64,000 nucleotides of DNA from Formosa sp. Lineage in GTDB: Bacteria > Bacteroidota > Bacteroidia > Flavobacteriales > Flavobacteriaceae. Under the pieces are notes generated by a model. The model was not told the origin of the DNA. It did no database searches and was given only the letters and a program-made list of their open reading frames with translations. Where the stretch lies: assembly GCA_018673215.1 (NCBI GenBank), contig JABHDE010000077.1, positions 3,827-67,826 on the forward strand, in the 5' to 3' direction. This document shows, piece by piece, positions 29,225-38,251 of this stretch. A program made the position numbers and the translations under genes. Every line of letters starts with the position of its first letter. The stretch's first letter is position 1.

Positions 29225-29866
29225 ATGCATTTTATTTCAGAGAAACTAGACGACTATGTCGTAAAACATTCCGAAGAGGAACCCACACTTTTGGCAGCAC
29301 TTACAAGAGAAACCTATCAGAAAATTTTGCAACCAAGAATGCTCAGTGGACATTATCAAGGACGAGTGCTGAGTATGTTATCCAAACTCATTAGACCTAA
29401 AACCATTTTAGAATTAGGAACCTTTACAGGATATTCGGCCTTGTGTTTGGCAGAAGGCTTGGACAAAAACGGCGTTTTACATACGATTGACATCAACGAA
29501 GAATTGGTAGACTTTCAGCGTCGCTATTTTGATAAATCAGATTATGGAACACAAATCATACAGCATTTAGGATCCGCTTTGGACATCATTCCAACCTTAG
29601 ACACCAACTTTGATCTGGTTTTTATGGATGCTGATAAACCTAATTATATTAATTATTTTCATCAAATTATAGACAAGCTCAACCCTGGCGGAGTCATTCT
29701 TTCAGACAATGTTTTATGGAGTGGAAAAGTGATTGAAACCCTTGACCCTTCAGATGTATCAACTAAAATTGTTTTAGAATACAATGCGTTATTAAAAGAA
29801 GATCCGCGCTTAGAAACCGTTTTGCTCCCTATTAGAGATGGTCTTACAGTCAGTATCAAAAAATAA
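29225..29866 (+). CDS. Class I O-methyltransferase (COMT/CCoAOMT-like)
   Basis: LELGTFTGYS, FMDADK.NY, SDNVLWSG, LPIRDG. Confidence 0.9.
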   Translation: MHFISEKLDDYVVKHSEEEPTLLAALTRETYQKILQPRMLSGHYQGRVLSMLSKLIRPKTILELGTFTGYSALCLAEGLDKNGVLHTIDINEELVDFQRRYFDKSDYGTQIIQHLGSALDIIPTLDTNFDLVFMDADKPNYINYFHQIIDKLNPGGVILSDNVLWSGKVIETLDPSDVSTKIVLEYNALLKEDPRLETVLLPIRDGLTVSIKK

Positions 29867-29868
29867 AC

Positions 29869-30153
29869 TCAGAAATTTCTACGGATTGATCCGGTCAAGT
29901 CATTGACCTCATCTTTCACTTTATCGAGTTCTTCCTTCACATCTTTAGTAATTGAAGTATCAATGCCATTTTTGTCGGCACTTTTTTGAATTTCACCCTT
30001 GATATCATTGGTCGCATCCTTAAGGGTTCGCATGCCTTTACCAAGGCCTTTTGCGATGCCAGGAATTTTATCTGCACCAAAGACCAATATCACAATGAAC
30101 AAAATAAATGTGATTTCTGTACCACTAATAAATAAAAAGTGCGTGTATATCAT
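29869..30153 (-). CDS. Twin-arginine translocase TatA/TatB family subunit
   Basis: E..ILFIVILVFGADKIP..AKGLGKG amphipathic helix. Confidence 0.85.
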   Translation of the reverse strand: MIYTHFLFISGTEITFILFIVILVFGADKIPGIAKGLGKGMRTLKDATNDIKGEIQKSADKNGIDTSITKDVKEELDKVKDEVNDLTGSIRRNF

Positions 30154-30189
30154 AGTACAAATATAACGAGATTTCTTTGATCCACTTTG

Positions 30190-30990
30190 TTAATTTTTAG
30201 ACAAACTTGCATTCTTAAAGTCTTTTAATTTTCCTTCTAAGAATTGAAAAATCTCTACATCACTCCTTCCTCTACAACGTTGTAGGAAATCAGGCGCATC
30301 AGAGCAGAAATAATAAAACTCCATTCGCTTTTCTTCTTTTAACTCATTCGTTTTAAAAAACAGCGGACCTACAACGTCTTTTATATGTTGGATGGTTCGC
30401 TTGTCGTTATCGAGTTTAAGTTGTTTTTTAAGCATTTTTGTGCGACCAGAAATCATATTAAGAAACTTATAGAAATTTACACTTGTACCAATGATAAGAG
30501 GACCGTCATCTGCTTCAAAAAGTCGTCTTTCTGCTAAGTTCATTCGGGGGCCTGTATAGCCTGGGATACCCAAATCGTAAAAATCGATGGGACGTTCGGC
30601 ATCAGAATTGGTGATATCAGAATTTAGATTGCCCGTTAATATAGTTCCTACCATAACTTCGTCTAAAGCATTAATAGATTCCGAAAGGCTGACTGTAATG
30701 GATTTACTTTTTATTTGTTGAGCAGTTAAAACAATGGTTTTGGGCATGTATTGGATAGATGAAAAATAGAGCGAATCCGATATTTTCCCTTCAATAATAA
30801 ATAATCCGTTTTGATCAGTTGTTGTATATCTATAGGAAGTCTTATTAATCACGTGAATCCCTTCCAATTCTCCGCTGGAAATAATTTTACCCGAAAGTTC
30901 TATCTTTTGTGCGTGAGTCGTAACTGATACCAACCCGCTAACAATGGTAAGAAATAGGATGGATTGCTTTGAAAAAAAAGGAGACGCCAA
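30190..30990 (-). CDS. Secreted carboxypeptidase-like regulatory domain protein
   Basis: Signal peptide; TTTDQNG.F, L.FSSIQY, LDEV pattern. Confidence 0.7.
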   Translation of the reverse strand: MASPFFSKQSILFLTIVSGLVSVTTHAQKIELSGKIISSGELEGIHVINKTSYRYTTTDQNGLFIIEGKISDSLYFSSIQYMPKTIVLTAQQIKSKSITVSLSESINALDEVMVGTILTGNLNSDITNSDAERPIDFYDLGIPGYTGPRMNLAERRLFEADDGPLIIGTSVNFYKFLNMISGRTKMLKKQLKLDNDKRTIQHIKDVVGPLFFKTNELKEEKRMEFYYFCSDAPDFLQRCRGRSDVEIFQFLEGKLKDFKNASLSKN

Positions 30991-31089
30991 ATTGATTAAA
31001 AATTATAATAATTGGTAAATTTACAAAAATTAAAAGATGAAACGAGCATGCTTAAACTATTATCACCCATGGGAATGACTAATAGCGAA

Positions 31090-31108
31090 CCTGCCTGCGG
31101 CAGACAGG
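31090..31108. repeat. Short GC-rich imperfect palindrome (REP-like)
   Basis: CCTGCCTGC-G-GCAGACAGG in AT-rich intergenic DNA. Confidence 0.5.
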
Positions 31109-31144
31109 CAGCATGAGACCTTTTAAAATAATAAATATAAATAC

Positions 31145-31852
31145 ATGAAACAAATCCTAATTGCGAGCACTTCTACCTTACATGGAAGTAGTTTTTTGGA
31201 GTATCTGTTGGATCCCTTAAAAATTCATTTTAAGAATGTAGAAACTATTCTATTTATTCCCTATGCACGTCCTGGTGGAATCTCGCATGATGATTATACA
31301 GAAATTGTCCAGAGGGTTTTTTCTAAAATAGGAAAAACCATCAAAGGACTGCATGAATTCGAACATCCTAGGGAGGCTATCAAAAATGCGGAAGGGATTT
31401 TTACTGGGGGTGGAAATACCTTTGTATTGGTCGATCATCTCTATAAAACAAATGCCATTGACGCCTTAAAATCCTCTATTGAATCCGGCACACCCTATAT
31501 AGGCACTAGTGCAGGAAGTAACATTTGTGGGCTTACAATAGGTACTTCAAATGACATGCCTATTGCCTATCCAAAAAGCTTTAAAACTTTGGGGGTTGTT
31601 CCGTTTAACATCAACCCACACTATTTGGACCCAGATCCTAACAGTACACATATGGGAGAAACCCGTGAAACCAGAATCCAGGAATTTCATCACTTTAATT
31701 CGCAACCTGTGATTGGATTAAGAGAAGGAAGTTATTTAGAAGTCATGGGCTCAAAAATCACACTTAAAGGCCCTTTGAGCGCGCGGATATTTGAGAAAGA
31801 TAAAACGCCTTACGAGATTGAATCGGAGACGGATGTTTCTGGTTTGAATTAG
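31145..31852 (+). CDS. pepE: Dipeptidase E
   Basis: FIPYA, GGGNTF, GTSAGSN, INPHY, HMGETRETRI. Confidence 0.93.
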   Translation: MKQILIASTSTLHGSSFLEYLLDPLKIHFKNVETILFIPYARPGGISHDDYTEIVQRVFSKIGKTIKGLHEFEHPREAIKNAEGIFTGGGNTFVLVDHLYKTNAIDALKSSIESGTPYIGTSAGSNICGLTIGTSNDMPIAYPKSFKTLGVVPFNINPHYLDPDPNSTHMGETRETRIQEFHHFNSQPVIGLREGSYLEVMGSKITLKGPLSARIFEKDKTPYEIESETDVSGLN

Positions 31853-32277
31853 ATAACCACTTTTACAAAATGATAACCTAATTTTTGAAAGCCATCTCTT
31901 TCATAGAATTTCTGAGAAGGTTCATTATCAATGTAGGCATTGAGTTCAATGACTTGATAACCTTTAGATTTGACATAGTTCTCAATCCAATTGATAAATT
32001 GTGTCCCTAAACCTTTGTTTCTGTAAGGGTCCTCGATAAATACATGGTCCAATTCAACACTGCGGCCTGAGTAGTGTCGCGTACAAAACCACAAGCCTGA
32101 GACTCCAATAAGTTTGTTTGCATCATAAACGCCTATACATTCGTAATTCTGAGAGACCATTTCCTTAAATCGCTCTGAGAGGATCGCTTCTGAAATTAAG
32201 GGTTTCGACATTTTTTTAACTAATGGCACGACGATGTCAATAGATTCTGCTGGGATAATTTTGAATTGGATTTGCAT
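31849..32277 (-). CDS. GNAT family N-acetyltransferase
   Basis: YRNKGLG motif A; N.PSQKFYERDGF. Confidence 0.88.
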   Translation of the reverse strand: MQIQFKIIPAESIDIVVPLVKKMSKPLISEAILSERFKEMVSQNYECIGVYDANKLIGVSGLWFCTRHYSGRSVELDHVFIEDPYRNKGLGTQFINWIENYVKSKGYQVIELNAYIDNEPSQKFYERDGFQKLGYHFVKVVI

Positions 32278-32361
32278 TTAAAAGAATTTAACCCCTCAAA
32301 AATACAACTAATTTTTAGCATCTAAATTGAACATCTCATCTGAATTTTATTTTAATCTTCT

Positions 32362-32369
32362 TATCTTTG
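32362..32369 (+). promoter_or_regulatory. -7 promoter element TATCTTTG for gpmI
   Basis: Exact TAnnTTTG match. Confidence 0.55.
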
Positions 32370-32391
32370 GACACGTTTTAACAGCGAGATT

Positions 32392-33909
32392 ATTAACAAG
32401 AAAGTTATTTTAATGATTTTAGATGGTTGGGGAAAATCTCCAGATCCCAAAGTATCTGCAATAGATAATGCTAATACACAATTTATTGATTCTTTATATA
32501 CAAAGTATGGCCATGCTAGCCTTCGCACTGACGGCCTGCATGTAGGACTTCCAGAAGGTCAAATGGGCAATAGTGAAGTTGGCCACATGAACTTAGGAGC
32601 TGGACGTATTGTTTATCAAGATCTTGCAAAAATAAACTTAGCAGTAACTAATGACACTTTGAAAGATGAAACTGTTTTAAAAGACGCTTTACAATATGCT
32701 AATAAGAACAATAAAGCGGTGCATCTTTTGGGATTGGTGAGTGATGGTGGGGTGCATTCACATTTGAATCATTTATATGGACTCCTAGATGTGATCGAAG
32801 ATCATGGAGTTGAAAAGTCTTTTATTCATGCATTTACGGATGGTAGAGATGTGGACCCTAAGTCGGGTTACGGATTTATTTCTGAACTCGAAACACGTTT
32901 GGAATCATCTTCCACAAAACTAGCAACCATTACGGGACGCTATTATGCGATGGATCGTGACAACCGTTGGGAACGTGTGAAAATAGCTTACGATGCCTTA
33001 GTAAATAGCGAAGGTGAGCACTCTAAAAATGCAACTAAAACCATTGAATCCAATTATGAAGATGGTTTGACAGATGAGTTTTTAAAACCCATTATAATGA
33101 CTGATTATAATAACGACCCCATTGCAAAGATTAAGGATGGAGATGTTGTTTTATTCTTTAATTTTAGAACCGATCGAGGAAGAGAATTAACAGAAGTACT
33201 CAGTCAAAATGATAAGCATGAATACAATATGCATAAACTCAACTTGCATTATGTGACCATGACAAATTACGATGATAATTTTAAAAACGTTGAAGTCATT
33301 TTTAACAAAGACAACGTCACAAACACACTCGGAGAAGTGTTGGAAACACACGGAAAAACACAGCTAAGAATGGCTGAAACAGAGAAGTATCCACATGTTA
33401 CTTTTTTCTTTTCGGGGGGACGGGAAGCGCCATTTAAAGGAGAGGAACGTATATTAAAAAATTCTCCAAAAGTAGCAACCTATGATCTTCAGCCAGAAAT
33501 GAGTGCATTTGAACTTAAAGATGCACTTGTAGAGGAACTCAAAAAAGAGACCCTTGATTTTGTGTGTTTAAATTTTGCTAACGGAGACATGGTTGGACAT
33601 ACGGGCGTGATGGAGGCAGCTATCAAAGCTTGTGAAGCAGTGGATACTTGTGTGGAAGCTGTAGTCACAACAGCATTAGAACACAACTATACGACCTTGC
33701 TGATTGCGGATCATGGAAACTGCGAAACAATGATCAATCCTGATGGATCGCCCAATACGGCCCATACAACCAACCCAGTTCCCATTATATTAATTGACAA
33801 AGAGCTCACTTCCATAAAAGATGGTGTGCTTGGCGACATTGCACCAACAATCTTAAAACTAATAGGGGTTGAAAAACCCGAAGTGATGACCCAAAGCAGC
33901 TTAATCTAA
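32392..33909 (+). CDS. gpmI: 2,3-bisphosphoglycerate-independent phosphoglycerate mutase (probable ATT start at 32392; first ATG at 32413)
   Basis: LDGWG, MGNSEVGH, GRYYAMDRD, AETEKYPHVT, DMVGH, ADHGN. Confidence 0.96.
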   Translation: MNKKVILMILDGWGKSPDPKVSAIDNANTQFIDSLYTKYGHASLRTDGLHVGLPEGQMGNSEVGHMNLGAGRIVYQDLAKINLAVTNDTLKDETVLKDALQYANKNNKAVHLLGLVSDGGVHSHLNHLYGLLDVIEDHGVEKSFIHAFTDGRDVDPKSGYGFISELETRLESSSTKLATITGRYYAMDRDNRWERVKIAYDALVNSEGEHSKNATKTIESNYEDGLTDEFLKPIIMTDYNNDPIAKIKDGDVVLFFNFRTDRGRELTEVLSQNDKHEYNMHKLNLHYVTMTNYDDNFKNVEVIFNKDNVTNTLGEVLETHGKTQLRMAETEKYPHVTFFFSGGREAPFKGEERILKNSPKVATYDLQPEMSAFELKDALVEELKKETLDFVCLNFANGDMVGHTGVMEAAIKACEAVDTCVEAVVTTALEHNYTTLLIADHGNCETMINPDGSPNTAHTTNPVPIILIDKELTSIKDGVLGDIAPTILKLIGVEKPEVMTQSSLI

Positions 33910-33919
33910 ATGAATAAAA

Positions 33920-34330
33920 ATGGACTTAACTAAAACCTTCACCCTCGCAATTGATTTTGATGGCACCATCGTCGAAGATGCATATCCAAAAGTAGGCAAG
34001 CCCAAAATATTTGCTTTTGAAACCTTAAAAAAACTACAACAAGATGGCCACCGATTGATTCTTTGGACATACAGACATGGAAAAACACTGCAAGATGCCG
34101 TCGATTTTTGTAAAGAAAATGGACTCGAATTTTATGCTGTGAACAGTAGTTTTCCGAACGAAGAATACGACCCTAAAAAAAGCAGAAAAATAAATGCAGA
34201 CCTATTTATAGATGATAGAAATGTGGGGGGCTTTTATGGATGGGGCGAAATTTATCAACTCCTAACCGATAGCGACAACCCCTTATCACTTCCAAAGAAA
34301 AAAGGATTTTTAGGTTTATTCAGGTTTTAA
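33920..34330 (+). CDS. BT0820-family HAD-type phosphatase
   Basis: AIDFDGTIV, LILWT.R, SRKINADLFIDDRN. Confidence 0.85.
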   Translation: MDLTKTFTLAIDFDGTIVEDAYPKVGKPKIFAFETLKKLQQDGHRLILWTYRHGKTLQDAVDFCKENGLEFYAVNSSFPNEEYDPKKSRKINADLFIDDRNVGGFYGWGEIYQLLTDSDNPLSLPKKKGFLGLFRF

Positions 34331-34394
34331 AACTTTTAAGACAACTCTAACAAAATCAAGGCTATAAAACCAACTAAAAACTGCTTTAATTAAG

Positions 34395-34402
34395 TATCTT
34401 TG
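34395..34402 (+). promoter_or_regulatory. -7 promoter element TATCTTTG for map
   Basis: Exact match; supports ATG 34421 as the start. Confidence 0.55.
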
Positions 34403-34420
34403 GGCATAATTTTTTTTACT

Positions 34421-35239
34421 ATGCTTACGCTTAAATCAAAAGAAGAAATAGAACTCATTCGCGAAAGTGCTCTCATTGTTTCCAAAACATTAGGAATGCT
34501 TGCTAGCGAAGTAAAACCCGGAGTAACGACCTTACATTTGGACGCACTGGCAGAAACATTTATTAGAGACCATGGAGCAATTCCTGGGTTTTTGGGGATG
34601 TACGGATTTCCAAACACACTCTGTATGAGTCCAAACGACCAAGTCGTTCATGGAATTCCCAACAACACACCACTAGTAGAAGGGGATATTATTTCGATTG
34701 ATTGTGGTGCATTAAAAAATGAATTTTACGGCGATCATGCCTACACTTTTTCAGTAGGGGAGATCGATGAAGACACTCAAAAATTACTAGACGTATCTAA
34801 GGCATCGCTTTATGAAGGCATTCGTGCCTTTAAACACAATAATCGCATAGGAGATGTTGGTTATGCCATTCAAAATTACTGTGAATCTCATGGTTACGGC
34901 GTGGTCAGAGAACTGATCGGACATGGCATTGGCCGCATCATGCACGAAGAACCCGAAATGCCAAATTATGGAAAACGAGGTCGTGGAAAAAAATTCCAAG
35001 AAGGTATGGTAGTTGCTATCGAACCGATGATTAATATGGGAACGCATAAAATCAAACATCACAACGACGGATGGACGATTACGACCAAAGACAACAAGCC
35101 CAGCGCCCATTTTGAACACAATGTCGCCCTTGTAGATGGACAACCAGAATTATTATCAACCTTCGCTTATGTTTATGAAGCGCTAGGGATAAAAAGTAAC
35201 GAAGAAGACGGATTACGAATCAATCCTTTAACACTATAA
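34421..35239 (+). CDS. map: Type I methionyl aminopeptidase
   Basis: VVHGIP, IDCG, GHGIG, IEPM, SAHFEH. Confidence 0.96.
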   Translation: MLTLKSKEEIELIRESALIVSKTLGMLASEVKPGVTTLHLDALAETFIRDHGAIPGFLGMYGFPNTLCMSPNDQVVHGIPNNTPLVEGDIISIDCGALKNEFYGDHAYTFSVGEIDEDTQKLLDVSKASLYEGIRAFKHNNRIGDVGYAIQNYCESHGYGVVRELIGHGIGRIMHEEPEMPNYGKRGRGKKFQEGMVVAIEPMINMGTHKIKHHNDGWTITTKDNKPSAHFEHNVALVDGQPELLSTFAYVYEALGIKSNEEDGLRINPLTL

Positions 35240-35250
35240 TTAACCAATAG

Positions 35251-36042
35251 ATGAGTCGTTTAAACACCATTGAATTACAACTAGAACCCCTACGTGAGCA
35301 ATTAAAATCACATCCTTTATACAGCACCCTTTCCAATATGGATGATGTAGCTGTGTTTATGGAAAACCATGTATTTGCTGTATGGGATTTTATGTCCTTA
35401 TTAAAATCACTTCAGAATCATTTAACCAATGTGAATGTCCCTTGGACGCCTAAAGGTGGCGGTGCGACTGCACGTTTTATAAATGAAATTGTGATGGCGG
35501 AAGAAAGTGATGTCAACGAACTAGGAGTACCAATGAGCCACTACGAAATGTATTTGGATGCCATGGATCAAGCCCAAGCAGATACAAGCGCCATAGACTT
35601 ATTTGTCAATGCTATTGAAAACGGAGATTCCATTGAAACAGCCGCCAAAAGAATTGATTTACAAGCGCCTATTTTTGAGTTTATTCAATTCACTATGGAA
35701 GTGGTGTATTCTAACAAACCACACTGCATTGCTTCGGCATTTACCTTTGGAAGAGAGGATGTGATTCCAGATATGTTTTTAGAAATCGTGAACCAGTCAC
35801 AAACTCAAGACAACGATCAAAGCTATGGTAAATTACTCTATTATTTGAACCGTCATATCGAATTAGATGGCGACGAACACGGACCTATTTCTCTTAAAAT
35901 GGTCGCTGAACTCTGTGGTGAAGATGACAGTAAATGGAAAGAAGTTTTAGAAACTGCCAAAGAGGCTTTAAAGTTACGTCTTAAATTATGGGATCATATT
36001 ACAGATTCCATTTTAAAACTAAAAACTTTAGAAGTCGTGTAA
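35251..36042 (+). CDS. DUF3050 protein (heme-oxygenase-like helical fold)
   Basis: HVFAVWDFMSL, EESD, SHYEMY, FGREDVIP, RHIELDGDEHG. Confidence 0.8.
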   Translation: MSRLNTIELQLEPLREQLKSHPLYSTLSNMDDVAVFMENHVFAVWDFMSLLKSLQNHLTNVNVPWTPKGGGATARFINEIVMAEESDVNELGVPMSHYEMYLDAMDQAQADTSAIDLFVNAIENGDSIETAAKRIDLQAPIFEFIQFTMEVVYSNKPHCIASAFTFGREDVIPDMFLEIVNQSQTQDNDQSYGKLLYYLNRHIELDGDEHGPISLKMVAELCGEDDSKWKEVLETAKEALKLRLKLWDHITDSILKLKTLEVV

Positions 36043-36054
36043 AACATTTAAATT

Positions 36055-36825
36055 TTGAAAACGCTTTTTAAGTTTATTTTAAATTTTATACCAAGGCCAT
36101 TACTTATTAAAATGAGTTACGTCGCCCAACCAGCTCTCGTTTTATTTTTAAAAGGAAATTCTTACACAGACCCAATTGACGGCAAAAGTTTTCGGAAATT
36201 TTTACCATATGGCTATGGGAAACCACGTGAAAATGTGCTCTCCCCTTCTACCCTTTCGCTGGAACGCCACAGATTATTATGGTTGTACCTAAAAAACGAA
36301 ACAGACTTTTTTACAAGCCCAAAAAAGGTATTGCATTTTGCTCCCGAGCAAGCCTTTCATAAACGTTTCAAAAAAATAGAACATTTTGACTATGTGACTA
36401 CCGATTTAAATTCCCCTATTGCAATGGTCAAAGCCGATATTTGCAAACTCCCTTTTGAGTCTGATAGTTTTGATGTGGTTTTGTGTAACCATGTGCTGGA
36501 GCATATTTTAGATGATACCAAAGCCATGCAAGAACTTTTCAGAGTCATGAAACCAGGCGGAATGGGGGTGTTTCAAATTCCACAAGACTTAAATCGCGAA
36601 ACCTCTTTTGAAGACCATAGCATTACCGATAAAAAAGAACGTGCTAAAGTTTTTGGACAATATGACCATGTACGTATTTATGGACGGGATTACTTTGACA
36701 AATTAAGGTCTGTTGGTTTTAAAGTGGAGGAAGTGGATTATACCGCGACCTTATCCGATCAAGAAATTAACAGATACCGATTGGCAAAAGGGGAAATTAT
36801 TCCAGTGGTGTATAAATCTATTTAG
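36055..36825 (+). CDS. Class I SAM-dependent methyltransferase (TTG start)
   Basis: LHFAPE, FDVVLCNHVLEHI, RVMKPGG, FGQYDHVR. Confidence 0.85.
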   Translation: MKTLFKFILNFIPRPLLIKMSYVAQPALVLFLKGNSYTDPIDGKSFRKFLPYGYGKPRENVLSPSTLSLERHRLLWLYLKNETDFFTSPKKVLHFAPEQAFHKRFKKIEHFDYVTTDLNSPIAMVKADICKLPFESDSFDVVLCNHVLEHILDDTKAMQELFRVMKPGGMGVFQIPQDLNRETSFEDHSITDKKERAKVFGQYDHVRIYGRDYFDKLRSVGFKVEEVDYTATLSDQEINRYRLAKGEIIPVVYKSI

Positions 36826-37810
36826 AAGGAAAGTTGTACAAGGAAAGTTGTTCAAGTTTCATATTCTCATTCTCAAAAATCAGATGGGCTTGGAGTTCTG
36901 AATGCTCAGTTAAAAATTGTTTAACGTTCTCTATACCCATCGCTTGAAAAGCGGTGGCATAGCCATCTGCCATCATGCAATCATCTGCAATCACAGAAAC
37001 ACTTAAAATGTTTGTTTTGGTAGGATAGCCTGTTTTGGTATCAATAATATGTGCATAACGCTTGCCATTGGCATCCAATTTAAACTTACGGTAGGTCCCC
37101 GTAGTAGCCATGGCTTTATCTTTAAGCACAAATACCTTATCATAGCTTTGAGAACCGTCAAAATTGGGATTTTCTATGCCTACTGTCCAGCCATTATGTT
37201 TTTCTATATTCTCCCCTTTGGTTCGGAGTTCACCACCAATATTAACCAAATAATTTGCAACATTTTTAGACTCTAAAAAATCCGCCACTAAATCCACTGC
37301 ATAGCCTTTGGCAATCGCATTAAAATCGAGATAAGGCTTGGGATCCGTTTTGATGAGGGTGTTATTTCTTAATATTATTTTTTCAAACCCTACAAACTGC
37401 ATTAAACTATCAATCCTAAGACTATCGGGTTTGGTTTTGTTTTCTTCGGATCCAAAATTCCAGGCATTAACGAGGGTTCCAATGGTAGGATCAAACAAAC
37501 CATTGGTTTGATTGTATATTTTTTTAGACGCCTTAAACACTTCTATAAAATGAGCGTCCACTACTTCTAATTCGTGTTTATTGACTTTAGAAATGTCTGA
37601 GTCCGCTTGGTAATTAGACATAGATTGGTTGATCGCTGCAAAGATACTATCTAAGGATTTTTGGTAGTTTTCATTGCTATCGGAGGCATAAGTGACATCA
37701 TAGAATGTTCCAAAAATTGGCCCGTTTAATTTGGTGTTTGTTAATTCCTGTTTGCAAGAAACGGACATAAACATTAGCAGTAATAGAAAGGGGAGATAAT
37801 TTTTCATCAT
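36818..37810 (-). CDS. apbE: FAD:protein FMN transferase lipoprotein
   Basis: Lipobox SVSC, FDPTIG, AIAKGY.VD, IGGE, HIID..TG.P, ADGYATA. Confidence 0.93.
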   Translation of the reverse strand: MMKNYLPFLLLLMFMSVSCKQELTNTKLNGPIFGTFYDVTYASDSNENYQKSLDSIFAAINQSMSNYQADSDISKVNKHELEVVDAHFIEVFKASKKIYNQTNGLFDPTIGTLVNAWNFGSEENKTKPDSLRIDSLMQFVGFEKIILRNNTLIKTDPKPYLDFNAIAKGYAVDLVADFLESKNVANYLVNIGGELRTKGENIEKHNGWTVGIENPNFDGSQSYDKVFVLKDKAMATTGTYRKFKLDANGKRYAHIIDTKTGYPTKTNILSVSVIADDCMMADGYATAFQAMGIENVKQFLTEHSELQAHLIFENENMKLEQLSLYNFPSK

Positions 37811-38188
37811 CTAATTAAAATTTGTTTCGATCACCTGAATGCCATTGTATTCAATAAGGTATTCTTCGTTAAGATATACTGGCAAAGATTCACCCTTTGG
37901 ATTTCCTATTCCAACCCCGGCATATAATACTTTGGCATCTTTTTCCTGCGCATGGTTTTTGAAGGTTTCCATCCAAACGACATCGTAATTGTTGGGGTTA
38001 TCGGGTAACTTTACCACGCGAACGATCACGAAAAAGTATTGGCTATTTTTATCAATACACACAAATTGGGGGTGTTTTTTGAGTTTGCTATTGATGGCTA
38101 CAAATTCAAATCCACGGGACTCTAAATCCTTTCCGACATGGTTCATTGCCAAATTGTGCATTTCTTGTTTGGAAAGTGGTTTGCTCAT
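37811..38188 (-). CDS. Conserved hypothetical protein between nqrF and apbE
   Basis: 125-aa ORF from ATG 38188; stop directly abuts the apbE ATG. Confidence 0.75.
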   Translation of the reverse strand: MSKPLSKQEMHNLAMNHVGKDLESRGFEFVAINSKLKKHPQFVCIDKNSQYFFVIVRVVKLPDNPNNYDVVWMETFKNHAQEKDAKVLYAGVGIGNPKGESLPVYLNEEYLIEYNGIQVIETNFN

Positions 38189-38201
38189 GCTACAAAAATA
38201 C

Positions 38202-38227
38202 AAAAAGCCCAACACAAGTGCTGGGCT
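38202..38227 (-). terminator. Intrinsic terminator after nqrF
   Basis: Minus strand AGCCCAGCAC-TT-GTGTTGGGCT followed by TTTT. Confidence 0.7.
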
Positions 38228-38251
38228 AGATTATATAAAATTTAGAAGTAA

